Assembly (NCBI RefSeq): GCF_006345805.1
Contig: NC_043006.1
Location: 28,520,001 to 28,584,000, forward strand
Direction: 5' to 3'
DNA from: Octopus sinensis
Taxonomy: Eukaryota
DNA: 64,000 nucleotides
The stretch's first letter is position 1, and each line of letters opens with the position of its first letter. This document shows positions 26,591-41,549 of the stretch, one piece after another. Both the position numbers and the translations under genes were made by a program. The notes below the pieces were generated by a model. The model had not been told where the DNA came from and did not search any database. It saw nothing but the letters and a program-made list of their open reading frames with translations.

Positions 26591-29500
26591 ATTCACAAAA
26601 AACAAAAGACGAAGACAGGTGGTGTAGAAAACAAACAGATGTATTAGTATAACGCTCGGGAATTGAAAAAGTCTTTAACATTTCGAGCCTATGCTCTTCC
26701 ACAGAAAGGAACACAGAAAGAGACAAGGAGAGAAAAAAATGTGTGTAGTAGCTAGCGATCTATCGTGGTGAATGCCGTACAGAAGGGTCACACAGGAGAG
26801 CTAAGAAGTAGGGGAGATAACAAAGTAGTAGTGATCCCAAAACAATATAATATATATATATATATTATACACACACATATGCATATATGAGTGAGTGAAC
26901 TAATGAAAGAAAGAGGCACTCAACACATTTAGTTGGAGTTACAAATATTATTACTTTTTAAAACAGTTTGATTTGGCTCCAAGTGACTTAAAGTTTCATG
27001 GGCACCTTATAAAAACTTAGTTCATCCAAGCTCAGTTACTAAATGGAGAGACACAGGAAGTGCAGGATGGCTACAACAATTGTCAGCTTTGCGGCCATGA
27101 AAGACACCACATACTTCACCAACCTGCAGTATCTATCGGCAGAAGATACGAACTTATTGCTGCTGTCAGAGGTACACCTTCCAGGTGAACTTCAAGTCAC
27201 TGGCCACCGACAACCCAGATATACCACCTTAACATTGGCAGCACCTCAATGTGGGCTGCCTCACAACCAAGGGCAGGGTTTCCAACAACTAAGCCTATGC
27301 AGACCACACACCAACCTTCCCACTTTTTGCACCCCTTGTAACCATCTACATTTGCCTCCATATACGTGGGTGTGCATACACATACATACTTTTATGTATG
27401 TATATTTCCTTTCTCTTTCTTTCTTCCCCTCATACCACCAAACCTCAATCCAACACCCCCACCTCCAAACAACACATTTGTTGTGCTCACACCCATAAAC
27501 ACTAAAAGCATGAATATATGTGTACACACACACACACACTAGATAAAAAGACATGCACACATATGCATATGTTCTTCCAGACAAACATGCATGCATTCAT
27601 ACATTCACATATGAACACAGGGGTGTACATACTCCTGTTAACCAATCATCCATATATTTACACAGCCATGCATGCATCCATAGGTGGATCTTGTCCATAA
27701 GTATGCTGAAAATGACATTGCACTGATAGATCGTAAGCCACTACACACATTTTTTTCTCTCCTTGTTTTTTCTGTGTCCCTTTCTGTAGAAGAGCGTAGG
27801 CTCGAAACATAAAAGACGTTTTCTATTCCTGAGCGTTATACTAATACATGTTTGTTTTGTACACCACCTGTCTTCATCTTTCGATTTTTTCATAAACTCT
27901 TCCTATGCATCCTAAACATGTTTACACACATATACATATGCAGCAGGCATTAATGCACACATATTTACACACACTCATACGACTGATACACATGCAGCTG
28001 ATATATACAGTTGACACATACATCTACATATTTGCACTAGTGAATACTTACACACAGTTGATATGCACCCATACATACACACATCTTAGCAAACATGCAC
28101 ATACATACCAACAAGCTGATCCATCGGCTCTCACCCACATATCAGCCTTACATACATATGCATAGCCAATACACACATGCATAGATATCAAATACCCACA
28201 TCCATGCACTTGGGAACAAATGATATAAACTTGTGTTTATCATATATATATAATCATCCTTGAATGTCTGTTTCCATGCTGACCTGAGTTGAATAGCTTG
28301 ACCAGAGCTGGCAAGCAGGAGTGCTGCACGAGGTTCCAGTCTGATTTGGCTTGATTTCTACCGCTGGATGCTCTTCCTAATGCCAATCACCTTTACAGTG
28401 AATGCTGGATGCTTTTAACATAGCACTGGCATGAGTACTTTAACATGGTGTCAGCATGAGTGCTTTTTACATGGCACTGTGTGTTTGAGATGACTTGCTC
28501 AGCTATAGACAAGCATGTTGTAACTGAGGCTTTCAAAGCATGATTGTGTATGCAGACTATACATACAATTGAGTATCTGTGAAATTTAAAACTCCTGTTG
28601 TTTTCTCCACCACCCAACCACTTGGGTCTTTTCTTTGAGCCATTTCCTATTGACACCATTTCCTCGTTCTTACCATGAACCACCTCCACACTCTTGCTTT
28701 TATCCATCTCTCACTTTCTCCCATTTGTAATCATTAACAGCATACCTCACCACCGTATCATTTTCCTGTCTACTGTACAGAGTCATTGAAAAGGTTTCCA
28801 TGATTTTAGTTGTCAATTGCAGTAGCTATAAGCAAGCGATCTGTATGAAATCAACATGGGACTGTATAACAATTGTAGGAGTTTTGATATTTGCCTGTCC
28901 TTGAAATCACTATTTCACTAGCAAGTGCCTGGCCAATCACTCCATGGCAATCATGGCGACTGTACAGCAGAAAGCGCAGTGTGTGTTGTGACACACTGAG
29001 TTTAAGTCAGTTGTTTTAGTGCAACGACATTTTCAGTGTACTTATGAACAAAGATTCACCTACAAACAAAACCATTATTCGTTGGTTTAACCATTAAGAA
29101 ATCTCCAGGCCAGTATGCATATTGGAAGAAAATGTGGAGCATTTGAGACTGTCATGTTTGTGTAGTCCTAAGAAGTCCATTGTTTGACGGAGTTTGGAAC
29201 TTTGTATGCCAAAAAAAAAACAATTCAAAATGTGCTGCATAACTGCCTAAGACTGCATGCTTGCAAAATTCAAATGAGACATAAAATTAAGGAGACAGAT
29301 AGGCCTAAACATGTTGAATTTGCTGTAACAATGGTGCGAGAAATTGATGATGATGACAGTTAACTTAACATAATTTTTTTAGTGATGAAGCAACAATCCA
29401 CATAAATGGTTGTGTTAACTGACATGACAGTTGGATATGGGGAGCTCAGCAACTCAATGAAGTTTTGCAGTATGTCCGTGATTCACCCAATGTTAATGTG

Positions 29501-32500
29501 TCAGCCCTTTCATGCTTGCAAAAAACATGATTACAGGTACTAGTTCCTCAGATATGCTAGAAATTTATGTGTTCCCTCAAATTTCAGACATTGAAAGAGA
29601 AAAGGAAATAATTTTCCAGCAGCACAGAGTGCTGGCTCACTACAGCCATAATGTGTGACAAGCTCTCAACAACAGATTCCCTGGCCATTGGATTGGAAGG
29701 AATGGTCCTGTTTAGTGGCCACCTAGAAGCTCTGATCTAATCTCTTAGAAACATTGTCTATGCAGAAAAAATCTGGGATCTGCAACATTTAAGAGAGAGA
29801 AACCACGCAGCAATAGTGACTGTGAATCCTGATATGATTCCGCATACATCGAGGGAGGTCGACTATCGCTTAGATGTTTGCTTTGCAACAAAGGGAGCTC
29901 ATATCGAAACCTACTAAGTAATGTAAGAAAAATTTAAGATTTTCTGTGTTTTGGTGTATAAATAAATAGTATACCTTTAATACAGACTTAGTTATTTCAT
30001 TTTGAAATCACAGAAACCTTTTTCGATGACCCAGTATTATTCTGCAACAGTAAGAAATGATAGCAGAATCCATTTCTTCATAGTATACAATATTACTATC
30101 TCTTTTCCATCAGTCCCTTCTCCCTCTCCTTTCTGCTACTTCCAATCAGCATCCTTCTCTCATTTTTATCATTATTTTCCTGCTCATATTCACCACCCTA
30201 CCCCTGTTCAACATTCACAACAAACATCCCCTATATTCATCTGACCACTTCCACTTTATCTCTCACTCTCATTTCTTGTTCTTGAAACTTTATCCATCCT
30301 CCGTAATTGTTCAGCATCACCTTCTTGTTACCTTAAGAGTACGTCCTGACACTATGTCACCACCGTACTTATTTTCTGGCACCCCCCACAGTCTCCTCCA
30401 TTCGACTATGTAAAATGCAAAGTAGCCACAAATCTCCACCACAGCCATAACCCTATTTTTGCTCCTTCATTCATACTTTAATCCCCCAACCTGACATAAA
30501 ATGGCCACTGTATCTTCTATCCTCCCTTTCAGGTAAAGGGTCTCTTTTAGCTTTGTAAGTTACAAGGTAATCTCACTAGTGATGATGCCATACACACTAG
30601 AAGAAAAAAAAATCATGCACTAAATATACTCTGTAAAGCAAACTGTGTAAAGTGGTCAGTGTTATGGTGGATATCCAGATATAGAAACTTTTCTAAACTG
30701 AGACATTGGAGAAGCACATGGTCCACTGACATGTTTGATTAGATCAGAAAGTTTACCTTAAGGAAGCAGACATAAAAATGAATGTGGTAGTGATGATGAT
30801 AATGACAATGTAGATATTAGATTTACCTATTGGAGTTAAATTTGTTGGTTTGGGAATATTTTGTTTGCAAAAGTTAAGCTGTACTCCTGTTGATAGCTGA
30901 GCTTGATTGAAGTCAAATAATCTGAAATTGTAAATGAAAGGCAGACAATATAAAGCCCTGTGAGTGGATTTGGTAGATGGAAACTGAAAGAAGCCCATCA
31001 TGTGTATGTGTGTGTGTATGCGCATGCGTATGTATATATACGGGGGACAGAAAGTGTCTCCTTGTATTGATTCCACATAATATTGGTAAAGAAGTGTTAC
31101 TGACATCAAGTGCTGTTCTTTATTTCCAGTCTTATGTGAAAAGCCTGTGGAGAAATATTGCTATACTTAGAAACAAATGAGTGTTGGAATCAGGAAGGGC
31201 ATCCAACCAGAGAAAATCTGACTCAACAAATTCTGTCTAACATATGCAATCATGAAAAAGTGGACATTAAAACAATGATGATATGTGTATGAGTGTATTT
31301 GTGTGCGTGTGGAGGCGCAATGGCCCAGTGGTTAGGGCAGCGGACTCGCGGTCATAGGATCGCAGTTTCGATTCCCAGACCGGGCGTTGTGAGTGTTTAT
31401 TGAGCGAAAACACCTAAAGATCCACGAGGCTCCGGCAGGGATGGTGGTGATCCCTGCTGTACTCTTCACCACAACTTTCTCTCACTCTTACTTCCTGTTT
31501 CTGTTGTACCTGTATTTCAAAGGGCTGGCCTTGTCACTCTCTGTGTCACGCTGAATATCCCCAAGAACTACGTTAAGGGTACGTGTCTGTGGAGTGCTCA
31601 GCCACTTACACGTTAATTTCACGAGCAGGCTGTTCCGTTGATTCAGATCAACCAGAACCATCATCGTCGTAACTGACAGAGTGCTTCCATGTCCCATTGT
31701 GTGCGTATGCTCCTATAAAGTATATAATAAAATATATTGACAGAATTCTCAAAAATTCTCTTAAAAAAAAAAGCTACTTACTCTCCATTAATGATAACAT
31801 CTTCAATGCAACCATTGAAAGATTTCTGAGGAATTTGTTTGTTTTTAATGATATTTGATGGTACCCCTCCAATGTATAAGTCCATTTTGTTACGTTTTTG
31901 ATTGGATTGTTTAATCTTCATTTCTTCTTTGTCATCAATATTCAGTTTCAAGCTAAAACATAAGAGAGTGTTATCTTTTAATAATGATGGAGGGACAAAT
32001 TCATATCTCTAGGATTACTTGTGTTATTCCAGTAGAATCAACCTTTAATCTGTGTTTACAGTAAAGCTCAGTGCAAAGGTTAGCTACTTACTCCTTTTGA
32101 TATCAACCCACTTGACACCAACCTGGATTTATGACAAAAACTTCCAGTTTGAAAATGACAGTTATTTTCTAAATTATTCATTCTTTTCAAAATTAATTAA
32201 AACAAAAGCAGCATATTTCAACAGGAAAATGGTAACAAAAGAGTTAAAATGGTCGAAATTAAAACATTCCATCAAAGTTCCATGTTAATTCATTTTCCAA
32301 ATGCAGCGTATTTCAACGGAAATATAGTAGTGAAAGAATAGAATTTATATCACTATCCTGCAGAGTAGACTAATCTTAGCATCTAACTTTTGAGTCCAAG
32401 GCTATAAAAAGAGGGAAAAGTCAATTATATACACTCAGATACATATATACATTACAATGAAAAATGCAGGTGCATGCATGTTAATATTCTTAAGTTATTA

Positions 32501-34994
32501 CACCAGGAAAAGTACAGAACAAGATTTCTACAGTAGAATTTGCCAAATTCGTTACCTCTAAAAGAAACTAAAACATACTTAAAATTAATATTCTACTGTA
32601 TTTAAAATATTGCTGAGAATAACATGCATGTGTCCGCATTTTTCATTGTAATCCACTTTTATCCAGGGAATGCAATAAAACTAATTTTCTTTTGTTAAAA
32701 AATATTTGAAATACTTTTCATTGTTGATAAATATTTCTGCATTAAATATGTATGTATGTACGTATACATACGTATATATATGTATATGTGTGTGAATGTT
32801 TATTTATGATGGACAGTAGAAAAGGGTCCACTTGTCATCAATTGTTGTCAACTCAGTACCGCTCTCCTTAAAGCTACATGTTTGTCACACTCACTTTTGT
32901 TTCCCTTCATGGGCATTTCAAAAGTTACTTGTGTATGTGTATGTGTGTGTGTATTTATGAAAGTATGTATGCAACATCACGTGTGTATCCCTGAAGTTGA
33001 TTTCAGGTATTATTCTCTCCGTTTTGACTTCACATATTTGAAATCTCAACTTTTTTTCTACTGAACCAAATTAGAAATTTTGTGGCTCAAAATGTCGCTT
33101 AGGTGGTAACCAATCTAAAAATGTATAAACATCATCAAATTTAGTAAAAAAAATTAATTAGTGACAAAGCTTAGAAGTATTCACAAGTGAGTAAATGTTG
33201 ACCTTAAGAATATTATTCACATACTGCCTTGTATGAATGATATTTATTATAATATAGTGTATTCTATAAATATGAGGCAGGTCTTTGCAAGATACCTAAA
33301 TACTGAATTGAATCAAACATTTTGCAATATTGGTTTCCAATTTTGACAGAAGGCCATAAAATCCGGAGAGGAGGGAAGTTGATTACATCGACCTCAGTGC
33401 TCAGCTCATACTCATTTTATCGAGTACCAAGAAGATAAAAGGCAAAAACGACCTTGCTGGAATTTGAATTCAGAGACAGATGAAATGCCACCATATGTGT
33501 TAACGACTTTGCCAGTTCATTGTCTTGGTACTGTAATAAGTAATAATATTACTTGAAAAGTGTTTTACATACTTTTGGCACATTTAGCTTATATAACTTT
33601 TTTCATTTTGAATATTTTTTGAAAAGATTAACACCAAGACACTTGTCTTGATGATTTCTAAAAAATTCCTCCTCGCTGAAGAAAAACAAAATTTTTACAC
33701 AAAACAAAATGTTTAGGCTTTGAATTTGCTTTCAGGTGCTACCACAGTTTTTGGCACATTTAGTCCCAGTAGTGTTTTTATTTCAATTTTTTTTTATATA
33801 TAATTAGCATCATGGGGTTCCTGTAGTCAAGGTCTATAAGAAACGTTTAGTTTAAATATAGTTTTCTTTTGAAGGAAGAATAATATTTGTCGATTTTAGG
33901 TGTTAATCTCCTTTTTTTCAGCAGTTTTTACCTCAGTACTTTCTTCTATTGAATATTTTTGCATATAACTAACATGGATAGGTTCCTGTCATCAAGATCT
34001 ATCATATAAGCTAAAATAAAATATAGATTTATTTTAAAAAAATAAAAACATTTGGACTCGAAATCAATTTCAGGTGTTATTCTCCTGCTTGTGACCTCAC
34101 ATATTTGACTCAAACTTTTTTCTACTGAACTAATTTTCAAGTTTTTTTACCTCAAAATGTAGCTTATGATGTGACCAACTTAAAAATGTATACTAATTTG
34201 ACTAAAAACTGAGTTAGTGACAAAGCCTAGAAGTGGTCATGAGAATATTATTCATGCACTACCGTGTGTGAATGATATTTTATGAAAAGATTAGCATCAT
34301 GACACTTGTCTTGATGAGTTCTATCATACGAGGTAAAAAAAAAATTTTTTTAGGTTTTGAATTTGATTTTAGGCATTAACACTGTTTGCAGTACATTATC
34401 GCCAGTAGTTTTCTATCTAAAAATTCTTTTTATATAATTGGCATCATTGGATTCCTCTGTGGAGATTTATCAGAAAAGTTGGATTCAGATATAGTTTTCT
34501 TTTGAAATAATAATAAAAGTTGATTTCAGGTGTAAATCTCGTTTTTTTTTTTTTTTGCTGGTTTTTACCTCAGTACTTTTTTCTACTGAATATTTTTGCA
34601 TATAAGTAACATGGATTTCTACCTCTCACCAAGATCTATCTATATAAGCTAAAATAAAATTTAGATTTCTTTGAAGAAAAAAAAAGTGTGGACTCAAAGT
34701 TGATTTCAGGCATTACTCACCGATTTTTGACCTCACAAATTATACTGAAACTTATTTTTGTACCAAAGTAATTTTTGAATTTTGTAGCTGCAAATGTAGC
34801 TTAGGATGTGACCAATCTAAAAATGAAAACATCATCTAATTTGGTAAACCAAGTTAGTGACAAAGCCTAGAAATGGTCGCGAGTGAGTAAATGTTGACTT
34901 TAAAAATATTATTCACACACTACCATGTGTGAATGATACACATACTTATGAACGAACACACACACGCACGCACGCACGCACGCACGCGCATGCG

Positions 34995-35025
<31 letters not shown>

Positions 35026-36387
35026 ACACAAGATTTATTCAGAGTTGAAACCTTGTGAGTTACAACTCCTTCCTAATTTCCATTCATCAGGCAACTGATG
35101 ATTACCCTAAGGAGAAGTTGCAGTGTTGTATTTATGGCTAAAATATTTTCCCCTTCCAATACACTCACTAATAAAACACAAAAGTTTCTTACTGTTTTTT
35201 CCTGAATAATATTGTGATGTAATGCCATTGATCATCTGAGTAGCTGTTTTTGATACTTGTGTTACTTGTTACTTGACCTTTATTGATATCCATTACTGTG
35301 ATTTTACCATCTTTCAGGAAAACTGTAAATGTTTGCTGCATAGAAAAGAGCAAATGTTAATAAGTACAAGAAAATATGAGGGAGGGGGGTCACTATAGAT
35401 AAAATAGCAATGTATTATTATTTATTTTCATCACAGGTATCTCTCACTTTCAGCATTTGATGGTAGAGTAGGATGGAGTGGAGAGGCTTATTTTTCAATC
35501 TCCTCCACTCTATGTACCATTGTTCTGCTGACTGTATTATAAGCTTCATGAAGTAGCCAAAGGAAGTCCAGGGGGAATTAACAACAGATGTACATCTAGA
35601 AACCAAGACTTTGGTAAAAAAACAACCTTGAAGATTAGGGAAAGTCTAATGTTTTGACCTTTTGCCCTTCGTTAAAGAACAGGGAAAGTCAAACTTTTTG
35701 GTATTTTTCTCTTCAATGAAGAACAGGAAAAGTTGAAGAATCAGGAAAGATTGTGTTTTGGGACTATCAACAACTAGGCCAACATCTCCCTTGTCTTTTT
35801 TTTACTCCTATGTTCAGGGGTAAAAAACCTGAAACATGAGGTAAACCAACAATATCTTTGAGTTTCCCTTCTCTCAAGAAAGGGGCAACAGCTTAAAACA
35901 TCAAACTTTCTACCGTTCATTACAAGATTGTATTTTTATTAATTGATCCATCTCCTGATTAATTGAAGCTGATCTCGTCAATTTCTTTGGATTTCAAATT
36001 TGATCCAAGTACTTAACGATTTAGCATTCAGATTACTCTGTCAAATGTAATGCTTATTTATTTACATTGATTTGAATTAGTCATGCATCACCTTGTAGTT
36101 TTGAGATTTCAATGACGTGATTGTTTATTTTCAGAATAATATTCTAGGAGAAGTGGCTAGTTTGAAGATAAAACAGGGCTGAATATTTTGGCTAGATATA
36201 GTTGGTTTAGATGCTAAAGAGCTAATGATTTCATGTCAATATTTTACATTTTAGGTTTAATAAAGAGATGGATGAAGTCAATTGAGTTGATTTCAATATA
36301 TTACTGGTACTTGTTTTATTGTTTTATCAACACTAGAGTGAAAAGAGACAAACTCAAAATATTAAAAAGACAAAATGAAATAACAAC

Positions 36388-36424
<37 letters not shown>

Positions 36425-37059
36425 GTGATGGTGATGATGATGATTGTAGTTGTTGTCCAAGAGCATATAAATCAGTAGATATCACTTACTGTGCCGCCAT
36501 CTATAGATGCATGTACTAGAATGCTATTGCTTTTTTGTAAGCCAACTCTGAATTTCAGAATTAGATGGAAAACAAATCCTAACATCTGCATCTGGTAAGA
36601 CTTGAATACATAGTCGTTTCCAAATGGTGGGAATCGTACTGACTGTGCAATCTGAAAATGAAATTGAGATAACATCAAAAGAAACTTATTAATTACATAT
36701 GCACGCACATATCCCACTGGCTGTACACATACATCCAGCTGGTTGTACACACACACACATACTCATCTAACTGCACATACACATATCCACCTAGCTGTAC
36801 ACATGCACACATACATTCCAATAGCTGCACACATGCACTCACATTCAAACATACATGCCCACAAATACATATATATATGGAATCTAATGCAATTAGCTTA
36901 GTTTTTCCTTGGGGCTGGTCAGATTGGAGCAATCTTGAGTATAACCAGCTGAAATTGCAAAGATAAACTGCAATTCGACTGAGGAAAGAAAACTCTGATT
37001 GACCCATCCTTGTTTCCTTTGCATTGTCGATCTGGATGTTTTGCGTTCTGGTCCCATTT

Positions 37060-37105
<46 letters not shown>

Positions 37106-37210
37106 TATATATATAAATAAATATATATATATATATAAAATATATTATATAAATAAATATATATATATATATAAATAAATATATATATATTATAATATAT
37201 ATATATATAA

Positions 37211-37246
<36 letters not shown>

Positions 37247-37425
37247 AATATATATATATATATATAATAAATATATATATTATATATAAATAAATAAATA
37301 ATATATATATATATATTATATAAATAATATATATAATATATATATATATATATAAATAAATAAATATATATATATATATAAATAAATAAATATATATATA
37401 ATATATATATATATTATAATATATA

Positions 37426-37463
<38 letters not shown>

Positions 37464-37580
37464 AATATATATATATATATATAAAAATATATATATATAT
37501 ATATAAATAAATATATATATATATATATAAATAAATATATATATATATATATAAATATATATATATATAAATAAATAAAT

Positions 37581-37626
<46 letters not shown>

Positions 37627-37639
37627 TATTATATAAATA

Positions 37640-37671
<32 letters not shown>

Positions 37672-37682
37672 ATATATATATA

Positions 37683-37775
<93 letters not shown>

Positions 37776-40068
37776 TACATATATAAAATCAAATTCGCAA
37801 ATTCGATGACTTGTACCTGTGCCAGTGGAGCGCTAAGAGCACTATCCAAGTGTGATCACTAAGTTACAGGGATATAAACACACCAACACCAGTTGTCAAG
37901 TAGTACTGAAGGACAAACACAGACTCAAACACAGACACACACACAAACACACACATAATGGTGATGCCCTAGCATGACTGCAGCTTTAAAGTTGAAACAA
38001 GTTAAAGAGTTATATATGATGGGCTTCTTTCAGTTTCTGCCTACCAAATCCACTCACAAGACTTTGGTCAGCCTGAGGGTATAGTAGAAGACACCCAAGT
38101 TACCATGCAGTGAGATTGAACCAAGAACCATGTAGTTGGGAAGCAAGCTTCTTACCACACAGCCACACCTATATAAACATTTTTACATGTAAATATATAC
38201 ATAGCTGTGAAGGTACATGGCTTAGTAGTTAGGGTATTTGGCTCAGGATTGCAAGGTCGTGAGATCAATATCTGATGGTGCATTGTGCCTTTGAGCAAGA
38301 CATTTTGTACTAACGGCTTTTATTATGGCACCAGCACTATACAGGTTGTCTTGCCATCAGCAAGGCTAAAATGTCCTCTCAAACTGTGCACAGGTGCTGC
38401 TGAATCCACTGACTACTTTACAGAATGTACTGAGTCCTTTTTTAATGCCAACAGCAATAGTGAGATCATCTTGTAACTCACAGAGTGAAAGAGCTTCCAC
38501 AATTGACACAAAGAATGTGTATGTGTGTGTGTGTGAAAGAGAGAGAGGTGTTGGGGGGAAGTTGCAGTATGATGGGAGGAATAGATTTATTGTTGTGAGA
38601 GGGTTGTAGAGGAGAGATCAACAGAAATTACAGGGGAGGTGTGCCAGAGCACATTCTCAAAGCATCACGTCCAGGAAAGTAAACAGAGAAAGCATAATGA
38701 CAGAAAGGCCAAGGAAAGTGAAAGTTGAAAGAGTGCAATCGCTCCTTTCTCTACTCAAACATCACAATTCAGAAAGTTAGAAGGAAGGGGAGTAGCAGGA
38801 TATATATAATGAAGATAAGGGGATTCAGAATGCATTGTGGTATGGCATAGTGAGTAGGAAAGAGACTTTGGAGAGATGGGAAAAGATGAAATAAGTACAA
38901 ATGTTGAATGATTTTTCCTCCAACTATGTGGCTTGGTGTGATGAATAGAAGAGATAATAGGGAGGTAAGAGGAAATAGAATTGGTGCAAGTGGAGAGGAA
39001 AAGACATGATGAGATGTGAGAGCATAGAATAAGCAACAGGCAAGTGGGGGATAATGAAAAATATGTTGCTTTGCTTGTTATTTATATTGTTATTATAAAA
39101 ACACTTACTAAAGATGGGCAGCCAGCACTCATCTGGTATAATTCTTCTTTTTCTTTGAATCCTTCAGATATCAAATCTATTTGTAGATTTCTGATGCAAC
39201 CAACAAAACCATAATCAGAGACATTCCTGTAACGGGAGAAAAAATAGAAATACATATATATCAGATATATGTATATGAAGGACTGATTAAATATGCACAT
39301 TGCAATATGCAACAGTTGCATTGTGCTAAACTATTTGAAACATATGTAAGCTAAATAAATTATTGATAATACATCTTCATTATTCATAGTTTTTCTAATA
39401 TACTCTGCAATTAATGCACCAAAACTAATTGCTCTACTTCAGATTTACAAATCATACCTTTCACAAGAGAAGAATAACAGCCAATATGGTTTACGATAAT
39501 ATCAACTGATCAGTTTCTCTAGCCAAGTTCTATTTCTACAGAGGGCTTAAGGAGGGATTACCCAGATTTATTTAATTCTTATTTACCTTCCTTTTATCAT
39601 CATTTAATGTCCATTGTCCATCCTGGCATGGGTTGGACAGTTTGACCAGGGCTGGTAAGCTGAGAGCTTCTACGGCTGGATGCCCTTCCTAATGTCAACC
39701 ACTCCAAGAGTGTAATGGGTGCTTTTACATGCCACCTCATTGGTCACATTACCTCTGTGAGGTCTAGCACTCGAATGCTGCATTTTACATGCCACTTATG
39801 TGACACCAGCATCAAGCCATGACTACAATTTCACTTGACAGATCTCAAGCACAGCATATCACCAAGGGGCTCAGTCACTAGTCATTGTTTCTGTGAGGCC
39901 CAACATTCAAAAACCATGCTTCACCACCTCATTCCATGTCTTCCAGGATCTACCTCTACCACAGTTTCTCGTCCACAGTTAGAGATCAGTGCTTCTTTAT
40001 ACAGCAGTCCTTGTCCATATGTATCACATGATCATACCATCACAGCCATATCTGTACATATCTATCTA

Positions 40069-40122
<54 letters not shown>

Positions 40123-40346
40123 ATTTTATAGAAGGAGCTTTCTACAGGACTAGAACTGTTTCATTCAAATGAAATCTTCAGGAAGCTGTCTGTCAAGATA
40201 AATCTTGACAGCCAGCTTCCTGAAGATTTCATTTGAATGAAACAGTTCTAGTCCTGTAGAAGCTCCTTCTATAAAATAAATTATTTTACTCTGCTATGTA
40301 TTGAGTACCTTATTTGCTGTGGTTAACCCCGACTCACCCCGGGACC

Positions 40347-40394
<48 letters not shown>

Positions 40395-40451
40395 TATATA
40401 TATACACATATATATATACACACACACATATATATATACACATATATATAT

Positions 40452-40489
<38 letters not shown>

Positions 40490-41511
40490 CACACACATAT
40501 TTCTGAGTGAGTGGACAAACGAAAGAAAGAAGCACTCAACACATTTAGTAGGAGATACATATATTATTATTTAAACTGTTAAATTTGGACCCATAAACCT
40601 TAAAGTTTCATAGGTTTCTGTAAGAAGCCTTCAAAATAATATAATAAAATAATGATGTATATACATGGGAGTGGGCTTAAAAGTTCAATGAAGGTCAAGG
40701 TCATTTCATCTGCAGGGAAGATGATGGCCTCAGTTTTTGGGGATGTGAAAGACATTGCGTTTATGATTATCTTCAAAAGGGTTACACTTTCAATGGAGAG
40801 CACTATGCCAACTTACTGAGGCCGTTATGAAAGGCCATAAGGACCAAACACGCAAGAAAACCGATGAAAGAGGTATTGCTTCATAAGGTGAATAGCCCTT
40901 GGTTTCAATGGCTGCTGTGCATGACTGTGGCTTTGAACTGAATGATCACCTTCCCTATTCTTACTTGGCCCCATGTAACTATCATCTGTTCCCCAACACA
41001 AAAAATCAGTTGGCTGAAAACCAGTATCGCAGTGATGATGATATCAGCTGTGGTTGATGACATTTTTTATCAACAGGATGAAAGTCTCTTCAATGGTGGG
41101 ATCCAAGCATGGCAACACCGATGGGAAGAATTATGTGGACTGCAAAGGGAACTATGTTGAAAAACATAAACTTCATTTGATTACATTCTATCTTGGTCAG
41201 CCAATAGAATTTTCAGCTGACCCTCTTCTGTGTGCTTGTGGGTGCATGTGCATATGTATGTATGTATATATGTATGCATGTATATCTTTTACTTCTTATT
41301 TTTTACTTGTTTCCGTCATTAGACTGAGGCCATGCTGTGGTATTGCCTGAAAGGTTTAGTGGAACAAACTTACCTCTGTACCTTTTTCTATAAATGTTAT
41401 ACTTACTCCATCAAAATCTTTTTTGCCAAATTGTTAAGTCATTGGAACATAAACAAACCAACACCAGTAGTCAAATGGTGGGGGACAGGACAAATGCAAA
41501 CACACACACAA

Positions 41512-41549
<38 letters not shown>

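Larger units (their letters stand above)
40120..40280. repeat. Near-perfect 161-bp palindrome made of two back-to-back hammerheads
   Basis: The arms are reverse complements with about 2 differences; centre gat-aa-atc. Confidence 0.97.

Noticed and set aside
31311-31385. tRNA-like sequences (also ~46570-46650, 54478-54545, 60380-60450 and 61307-61381)
   Set aside because: A/B boxes are present but the cloverleafs are broken and most continue into SINE bodies; these are not tRNA genes.
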